Assembly: GCA_026936335.1 (NCBI GenBank)
Contig: JAPMXV010000059.1
Span: 268,105-332,104 of the forward strand
From: Mantamonas sphyraenae STR306
Taxonomy: Eukaryota > Protista > CRuMs
DNA: 64,000 nt
Reading direction: 5' to 3'
Part shown: positions 56,812-64,000 of the stretch, in pieces
Layout of the letters: each line of letters starts with the position of its first letter
How positions within the stretch are numbered: position 1 is the stretch's first letter
The notes under the pieces: model-generated
Told to the model about the DNA's origin: nothing
The model's input: only the letters and a program-made list of their open reading frames with translations
The model's database searches: none
Translations under genes and position numbers: made by a program

Positions 56812-59800
56812 ATGAACCGCGTTCTGGTTGCCTGCACCGTGCTGCTCGTTTCGATTACATGTGTGTACGCTGCCTGGCAGCCTACTGGGGTGTCTCACCC
56901 TTTCAAAACGGGTGGTTTTGACACGCCCATGTCGTTTCGACGCCGAAACACTTGGCGGGTCCCAGGCTACTTTGAGCGGATCGCCACATCGGGAAACGTG
57001 GCTGTTCTCGTTGAACCCCAACGGGAACGAGAAGGAGACAAAGTCCTGTATGCCGGTGTGGCTGAAACGGCGGTGTATGGCGTCGATGTGTCCTCAGGAA
57101 ACGTCACGTGGAAAAAGGTCGGATTTCAAAAGTCGCAAAACGTGCAGGGCCCCTTCATGGGAGAAGGCGCAGCGAAAAACGTGATGTTTGTGGAACTGGA
57201 CCGCCTGTACGCGATGGATGTGCAAAGTGGAAACATCCTTGCAACCTTTTCGGATTTGCACTTGTCCGACATGGTGGCGCTCCCTTCGGGCCACTTTGTG
57301 GTGTGTGCGGTGAACGACTCAAACAGCCGCCAGTCCGGACTCATCCTGATGGATCACAAGCTTGATGTCGTGCGCAGTGTGTATCCCAGCCAATTCCGCT
57401 GCGAATCCGTGGTGATGCGAGACAACAGCACCGCAGTGGGCTTGGGACGCGTGGTTCCGCTCGGCGTCAACAACGGCAACTCACCCCCCAACTATCAGCT
57501 TTTTTTGTGGGACATTGACACCAATGCTCTGCAGCGTCGTGGCAGCTACACCAAGGGCGACCTTGGTGCGACACCATCAACCATCCATCAGGCGTCCAAC
57601 ACTCTGCTGATCCGGGGCGGAGATCAATCCAGACCTCTGTTGGCCTTTGACGTCAGTAATGGCACCAATGGCACCTTGTTGTGGTCCACCGAGATGAAAG
57701 GCGTGATGTACTCCACCGGCTCTGCCCCTCTGGTGCTTGTGGGCGACTATGCGCTGCTGCACGTCACCGTCCCCACGGGCGGCAACAATCGAGACGGCAG
57801 CCTGTCATTGACGGGCAAAATACTCTCGTTCAACGTCCGCACGGGGGACAAGCGCCCCGATGTCGTCACCGGCACGGTGGCAATGTCATTGGCGTGGAGT
57901 GCTTCGAAGAAGCAGCTGGTCGCCTCGACCGATCTCGCCCTGGAAACGTACACCGTCACGGATGGCGTCGCGGCACCCTTCTTCAAGTATCCGTTGACCG
58001 CGTCCACGGGACAATTCATCGCATTTACGGAAGGAGGCGACTTTTTGGGCCGCCCGGTGGCTCAAACTAACGTCGATGGCACCTTGATGAACTTCTACCC
58101 AGTGGATGGGTTCACGTGTGGGCCCAACTTTGACGATGTGGAATGTCTCAAGTGCAAGAGCGGCTTCTTTCTGAGTGCGTCGAGCTGCGAGCAGTGCCCC
58201 ACCACAAGTCCGATCGTGATTGCCGCGCTGATTGGGTTGTTCTTTGTCGCCTCGGTAGTGTGGTCGACCCGCCATCCGCCGAAGCGACATGAAGCCCCAG
58301 AGGCTGTCGGCAAGAGCACTGCCATCGAAGTGGGCAAAGAAGGCGCTACCGAGGGACTCCGCATCCTCAACCAGCGCCAAGAAGAGGAGGATGAAAACGA
58401 GAAGCAGGAGACAACCGCAAAGGCAAAGCAGCAGAAGCACCAGCACACACCGACTGATGATTTCAACATCCAGCCGCTGATGGCCGTCATCCAGTTTCTC
58501 CATTTTGCGCAGCTGGTGTCCCTGATCAACCGCGTTGTGCCGCGCCGCTTCTGGCCCGAGGTGCTGCTTCCTGCGCTGGACATCACCAAGTACATCAACC
58601 TGGATATTGCCGAGGTGGGCGTGGGCTGCGAGCTGGACCTGGGCGTCGCGGGGCAGCAGTGGCTGCTTATGGGCATTCCGGTGCTTTTCTACGCCCTCCT
58701 CATCGGCGCGTACCTCTTTGTGCGCTGGCGTGGCATGGAAAAGAAGATGCAAGCGCAGGTGATGCGTGTGATTGTGCAGAGTGTGCGCTTTGGCTTTTTG
58801 GGCGCCTGCGTGCGCGGCATGACCGCGTTTCAGTGCCAGGACGACGTGGACGCCTCCCGGCTGGCTAGTGACCCCACCGTACTGTGTTTCAGTGGCGAAT
58901 GGTTTGCTTTTGCGATCCCGTCCATGCTGGGACTGCTGGTGCTGTGTGCGTTGCCACTGGCAGGCTACGTGCATATCCTGATTGCGTGGCGTGACAGAGC
59001 GGACGATCCGTTCGTCCAGCAGGCGTTTGGATTCATGTTTGTGGACTTTCGCCCACCGGCGGCCGCGTTTGAGGGGTTGGTGCTGCTGCGCAAGTTGCAA
59101 GCCACGCTGTTGGTGCTGCTGCTGGAGGATTACCGTGGAATCGTGTGCATTACCATGTTCTGCACGGTGATCCTGATGACCGTAGGCGTGGCCGTCGTGC
59201 GTCCATTCCGTCGTCGTCGTCGCAACGTGCTGGAGGTGGTTCTCGGAGTGTGTGCGGCTACGATGTACATGCTCGCGGCCCTCAACGGTTCCACGTCAAG
59301 TGTCGAGAACAACACCGTGGTAGGTCTCATCACAATGGGCTCCCTGCTTCTGGCGTTTGTCGCCGCGGTGGTCGTGGCAGTGTTGGACGTGCGCGAGGCA
59401 CGTGCGGAGAAGGACATGAGCGACACCGAGAGACTGCTGCTCGAGGAGGACGACACCCTGAGTGTGGACATGACCAAGTCTCCAAACACGACTGCCATGG
59501 GGCGTGTGCTCATCGTGGCCTTTGTCATTTGGATTGCCGGCCAAGTTGTCTCCTGGGTGGCCTTGTCCGTGGCAATGACGCGCGGCATCGAGCAAAACGA
59601 CATCCCAATCGTCGTGCCGTCGGTTTTTGCCAATTTCTCGTTTCTTGTGGCCATCGCGGTCACCTTTGTCAAGGAGGGGCGCACGGCAGATCAGAATCAG
59701 AGCGTGCGCAGCCTCACGTACCCCATGCTCGTTTTGTACGTGCTCCCCACCTACATGGACAGCGCACGCCTCGGATACCTTTTTGTGACGGGACCAAACG

Positions 59801-59886
59801 TGACCGGCCTCATCTTCATGACCATCCTGTCGCAGATCATGCAAGTGGTGTGGTGGGTGCTGCTGCTCAAACGTTGGCGCATGTGA
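56812..59886 (+). CDS. Secreted PQQ-like beta-propeller + Cys-rich segment + multi-pass TM protein
   Basis: Signal peptide MNRVLVACTVLLVSITCVYA; propeller motifs VYGVDVSSGNVTW, LYAMDVQSGNIL, LAFDVSNG...LLWS, LSFNVRTG; CLKCKSGFF...CEQCP; same TM module as the 52111-56094 gene (FAQLVSL, WP, FQC, DPTVLCFS, FGFMF..FR, FE...LRK). Confidence 0.8.
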   Translation: MNRVLVACTVLLVSITCVYAAWQPTGVSHPFKTGGFDTPMSFRRRNTWRVPGYFERIATSGNVAVLVEPQREREGDKVLYAGVAETAVYGVDVSSGNVTWKKVGFQKSQNVQGPFMGEGAAKNVMFVELDRLYAMDVQSGNILATFSDLHLSDMVALPSGHFVVCAVNDSNSRQSGLILMDHKLDVVRSVYPSQFRCESVVMRDNSTAVGLGRVVPLGVNNGNSPPNYQLFLWDIDTNALQRRGSYTKGDLGATPSTIHQASNTLLIRGGDQSRPLLAFDVSNGTNGTLLWSTEMKGVMYSTGSAPLVLVGDYALLHVTVPTGGNNRDGSLSLTGKILSFNVRTGDKRPDVVTGTVAMSLAWSASKKQLVASTDLALETYTVTDGVAAPFFKYPLTASTGQFIAFTEGGDFLGRPVAQTNVDGTLMNFYPVDGFTCGPNFDDVECLKCKSGFFLSASSCEQCPTTSPIVIAALIGLFFVASVVWSTRHPPKRHEAPEAVGKSTAIEVGKEGATEGLRILNQRQEEEDENEKQETTAKAKQQKHQHTPTDDFNIQPLMAVIQFLHFAQLVSLINRVVPRRFWPEVLLPALDITKYINLDIAEVGVGCELDLGVAGQQWLLMGIPVLFYALLIGAYLFVRWRGMEKKMQAQVMRVIVQSVRFGFLGACVRGMTAFQCQDDVDASRLASDPTVLCFSGEWFAFAIPSMLGLLVLCALPLAGYVHILIAWRDRADDPFVQQAFGFMFVDFRPPAAAFEGLVLLRKLQATLLVLLLEDYRGIVCITMFCTVILMTVGVAVVRPFRRRRRNVLEVVLGVCAATMYMLAALNGSTSSVENNTVVGLITMGSLLLAFVAAVVVAVLDVREARAEKDMSDTERLLLEEDDTLSVDMTKSPNTTAMGRVLIVAFVIWIAGQVVSWVALSVAMTRGIEQNDIPIVVPSVFANFSFLVAIAVTFVKEGRTADQNQSVRSLTYPMLVLYVLPTYMDSARLGYLFVTGPNVTGLIFMTILSQIMQVVWWVLLLKRWRM

Positions 59887-59968
59887 GTGGGTTGCTTGTT
59901 CTCTGGTCTCGCAACAATACACTGTATTAACAACTGCCAGTCTCCCCACACCTACTGCTCTGCGTGGC

Positions 59969-62900
59969 TCACTCGAGGCGTTGGCGTTTGGAGGAGGAGG
60001 AGGAGGAGGAGGAAGGGTCTTTGCGCTTGGGCAGGGTGAAGGAGGCGATGGGGTAGGCGTTGACGAGTGCGACGGTGGTGGGGCGGGTGGTGATGTGGGG
60101 TGTGATGCGGTCGATGAGGGTGTGGAGGAGGGTGTGCAGTGTGGCGTCGCTGGGTTGGCGGTTGTCGAGCCAGGCGATCTTGAGGGAGAGGGAGGTGACA
60201 CCACGATTGAGGGTGTTGCTGATGGCACGTTGAACCTGCTGGTAGGTGAGGCGTGGCCTAAGGAGGCGGACAAAGAAGGCCAGGTCGACAGGCGGCACGC
60301 CAACGTTGCCCAGCGCCAGGATGATGTGTCGCACCAGGGACAGCAGGTTGCCGTTGTTGATCAGCTCACGCAGTGACTGGTACTCGTGTGAGTGCTGATG
60401 GCGAGGGTACTTGGCTGCGCGTGCCTTCATGTGTGCCAGCAGCGTCTGGAACTCCCGCGCCGTGCAGCTGCCACGCTCGTCGCTGAGACGGCTGCTCCAG
60501 CCACTGCGAACAGACTCAGGGTGCCACATTTCCACGTTGGTGGTGGCGAGGTGGTGGTCGTAGTCGCATTGTGTCCAGTGTGGGTCGCTGTTGTTGTCAG
60601 CAGGGCGTCGTGCTTTCTGCAGCCGCAGCTGGGTCTGTTCGTGCTCCTTCCAGGTGCTGGGATGGGGCCTGTTGCCAAGGGTGTCCATCTCTGTAATGAG
60701 AAGGTGGAGGAGGGCGTAGTTGGGGTCGCCATGGTCGTGTGGCTCCTCCAGCCAGCACACCTTCAACCCAGCCTTGGTCACGCCCATGGCCAGACCAGCG
60801 TTGTCGATGGCATTGCTGCACGCCTGTTGATCCATGTCACGGCCGAGGAGGGTGAGGCAGAGGGCCATGTCGCCCTGGGAGAGGGGAATGTTGCCCAGAG
60901 CGAGCTGAATCTGTCGGACCAGCGTCAACAGGGTGCCATGGCAGACCACAACACGCGCCTGCAGGGTCATAAGGTCTGGGATGTTGTCGATGGGATGCTC
61001 GTTGGCCAGGTTGTGCGTGTGCTTCAGCAGAGCCGTATGCTCCTTCTTGTTGCTGTGCATGCGCTCGCTCTTGCGCCAGTTTGTCCAACCACTGCGCACA
61101 ACGCCATCTGGCAATCCATCCTCCACGGCCATGTTCTCCTCCTTGGTGGGCTCGGGAAGAACAAGCTCGGGGATGTCGAGCGCGTTGACGGCGTCGATGG
61201 TGGTGGGGCGGGTGGTGATGTGGGGTGTGATGCGGTCGACGAGGGTGTGCAGGAGGGTGTGCAGTGTGGCGTCGCTGCGTTTGAGAGTGTCGAGCCAGGT
61301 GATCTTGAGGGAGAGGGAGGTGACACCGCGGGTGAGGGTGGTGCTGATGGCATTTTGCACCTGTTGGTAGGTGAGTTGTGGCCTGAGGAGGCGGACAAAG
61401 AAGGCCAGGTCGACAGGCGGCACGCCAACGTTGCCCAGTGCCAGGATGATGTGGCGCAGCAGGGACAGCAGGCTGCCGTTGTTGATCAGCTCACGCAGTG
61501 CATGGTGCTCGTGTGCATGCTGATGGCGAGGGTGCTTGGCTGCGCGTGCCTTCATGTGTGCCAGCAGCGTCTGGAACTCCCGCGCCGTGCAGCTGCCACG
61601 CTCGTCGCATGTTGCAGCACCGGTCCAGCCACTGCGCACAGACTCGGGATGCCACTTTTCCACCATGGTGGTTGTGAGGTGATGGTCGTAGTCGCATTGT
61701 GTCCAGTGTGGGTCGCTGTCGTTGTCAGCAGGGCGTCGTGCTTCCTGCAGCCACAGTTGTGTCTGCTTGTGCTCCTTCCAGGTGCTGGGATGGGGCCTGT
61801 CGCCGAGAGTGTCCATCTCTGTCATGAGCAGGTGGAGGAGGGCGTAGTTGGGGTCGCTGTGGTCGTGTGGGTCCTCCAACCAACACACCTTCAACCCACC
61901 CTCCGTCACACCCATGGCCAGTCCAGCGTCTTTGATGCCACTGCTGCACGCATTTTGATCCATGTCACGGCCGAGAAGGGTGAGGCAGAGGGCCATGTCG
62001 CCCTGGGAGAGGGGAATGTTGCCCAGAGAGAGCTGAATCTGTCGGACCAGCACGTTCAAGGTGCCATGGCAGACCACGACACGCGCCTGCAGGGTCGTCA
62101 GGTCGGTGATGTGGTCGATTGGATGCTCGTTGGCCAGAGTGTGCATGTGCTTCAGCAGTGCCGTGTGCTCCTTCTTGTTGCTGTGGCTGCGGTCGTCACT
62201 GGGTCCCAATTTCCACCCTTTGCGCACAACACCATCTGGCAACTTGTTCGTCTTGTTCACGCCAGCTTTCTTCCCTGCGCCGGTGTCTCCGTTCTTGGCC
62301 CTCCTTGCCAATGTGCTCGATGTTCCTGTCTCTGTGCCACTGCCAGCCGTGACCCTGAGCCTGCGCTGTCTACTGCCTTTCATCAGTTGCAGATCAGTAC
62401 GACGGCTGGTGCTGCCTCTGTGACGTTGTGTGCGGACTCTTCTTGTGCGTCTTGGCAGCCATTCGTCTTTGTCCTCCTGCTCCATGTCGTCTGTGTCGTC
62501 GTCGCTGTCGTCTTGCGGCATGTACTCCTCATCCATGGCATAACCAGTGTCTGCATAGCTGAGTGCACCCTGAGTTTCCAACTCGTCGTCCACGTGCTGC
62601 TGGATGGCGTCGTTTGCCTCGCCGTCTTCTTCGTAGGCCTCCATCCATGAACTGGTCATCCACTCTGAGTTGCTGGAGATTGACTGTGGTTCATGTTCGC
62701 CAAAGTTCAGTACCATCAAGTCCTCCACTTCGCCGGTGTCATGTGTGTCTGTATCCTGGTTTGCGTCGTCGGCGTCGCTGTCTCCAGTCTGCCGTGTGGC
62801 CTGGTGGGAGGAGGACGACGATGTGGTGGTGGATGTGGTCCGTGTGATGCCAACAAAGGCAGGGCTGATGCGTTTGGGGACGCGGTTGTGGTTTCCGGTG

Positions 62901-63542
62901 GGTTGAGCAGGCGGAGGGTGCAACGGAGGCTGAGCGAAGTGCATCTGGGCGGTTTGTCGCGGCTGAGGAGGCGGCGGAGGAGGGTAGGCGTAGTATGGGT
63001 GGCCCTGATGAGCATATGCGGTGTGCTGCTGCGGGTGGGTGTTGACAGGGACCCAGATGATGGGTGGTTGTGGGTGCTGGTACGGGTTTTGTACGCCTGG
63101 CACGGGCAGCATGTTCGGAAACGGCTGGGCAGCCATGGGAGGGACCATGTACGCGTAGCTGTGGGGAGACGGGGAGGGGCAAGGTGGGGTGGGAACGGTG
63201 AGCGGAAGGCGGGATAGACGCGGTCGGGGCAGAAGCGGGGGTGAAGGGAAGCTGGAACGAGCAAAGAGGGAAAACGGATGAGATTGGCTGACCGGGAAAC
63301 TGGCGACGGGGAGGGCAGTGACAGGGGAGAGGGGATCGGAGAAGAACGGAGAAGGCAGCAACGGTGGTGATGGGGAAGTGGAGATGCAGGGGAGGAGTGC
63401 AGGGAAGCGACAGAGGCATGGAGGAGGCAGGGAAGCGGGAGAAGCGGGCAGTCAAAAAAAACGGAGTGGAAGGCAGAACGCACGCTGGGTAGGTGTTGGG
63501 TGTGTGTTGATGCTTCGGAGTGCTTGAGTAGTCGTTGTCCAT
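59969..63542 (-). CDS. Telomere-adjacent uncharacterised protein: Pro/Gln-rich and acidic N-terminus, four copies (ABAB) of an unrecognised ~180-aa domain, basic C-terminus
   Basis: Exon 63542-63484, intron 63483-63159 (GTGCGT...CCACAG, phase 2), exon 63158-59969; long open frame with internal duplication. Confidence 0.8.
60060..62242. repeat. Tandem in-frame duplication, unit 1128 nt (376 codons)
   Basis: LPDGVVR starts at about 62242 and again at about 61114; the two units are highly similar in DNA and protein. Confidence 0.92.
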
Positions 63543-63818
63543 CGTGGTGGTGGTGGTGGTACTGGAATGTATGCGGATTGTGTTGGACTGGTGGAGGTGT
63601 TGTGGGTGTTGGTGATATTTTGGTTGAAGGCGGATGGGCAGTGCTGACTGCGCGGCGTTGCAGGACGGCGACCACTCACTAGCCACATTTCCACTCCCAC
63701 CCATTGCCCACTGCCCCATGTCACCACCCAACTCAGTCACCCCGCCGACAGACAGAAGCACGACTCACATAACATAGACCGGACGCATCATACAACACGC
63801 CCATCTTCTCGAATCAGA

Positions 63819-64000
63819 TTAGGGTTAGGGTTAGGGTTAGGGTTAGGGTTAGGGTTAGGGTTAGGGTTAGGGTTAGGGTTAGGGTTAGGGTTAGGGTTAG
63901 GGTTAGGGTTAGGGTTAGGGTTAGGGTTAGGGTTAGGGTTAGGGTTAGGTTAGGGTTAGGGTTAGGGTTAGGGTTAGGGTTAGGGTTAGGGTTATAGGGT
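63819..64000 (+). repeat. Telomeric (TTAGGG)n array, right chromosome end
   Basis: About 30 TTAGGG units with the G-rich strand running 5'->3' towards the end; two variant units near 63945 and 63992. Confidence 0.98.

Noticed and set aside
2707-63483. Non-canonical or U12-type introns
   Set aside because: Every intron I could model is GT-AG with ordinary donors (GTAAGT, GTGAGT, GTACGT, GTGCGT, GTATGT); no U12 donor consensus at a modelled donor.
1-63542. Alternative genetic code or stop-codon reassignment
   Set aside because: Conserved genes have no in-frame stops once GT-AG introns are removed; TAA, TAG and TGA all occur as terminal stops.
63941-64000. Variant telomere units (TTAGG, TTATAGGG)
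   Set aside because: Isolated variants at a contig end are most likely base-calling errors.
1-64000. tRNA, rRNA or snRNA genes
   Set aside because: None recognisable by eye and little unassigned space remains; a tRNAscan/Infernal run is needed to exclude small intronic RNAs.

Overview
This is the right-hand end of a chromosome from a very gene-dense, GC-rich unicellular eukaryote; the organism cannot be identified from this window. It uses the standard genetic code and GT-AG spliceosomal introns of about 70-430 nt, and it ends in a (TTAGGG)n telomere at 63819-64000. I can model about 25 protein-coding genes. Most intergenic gaps are 0-100 nt, shorter than the introns, and one divergent pair shares a single CATG for both start codons. 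Recognisable genes are AP5M1, LTV1, UTP4, NDUFV1, HTATSF1, EB1, a Vps10/sortilin, NAT10, THADA/TRM732, kynureninase, a PAQR, POLR3H, PSMD13 and ALDH8A1, plus a probable Med24/Med5-like gene. Unusual content includes three small PB1 + coiled-coil paralogues with a conserved intronic motif, a tandem SnoaL + IQ-repeat protein, a GRAM-UFD1-zinc-finger fusion, a TmcB/PAS-TauE fusion and a multi-pass membrane protein with UVR-like repeats. A telomere-adjacent gene carries four copies of an unrecognised domain. There is also a sawtooth G/C skew that does not follow gene orientation. About nine single-base frameshifts interrupt otherwise intact genes and are most likely consensus errors. All protein calls come from manual motif recognition, not database searches.
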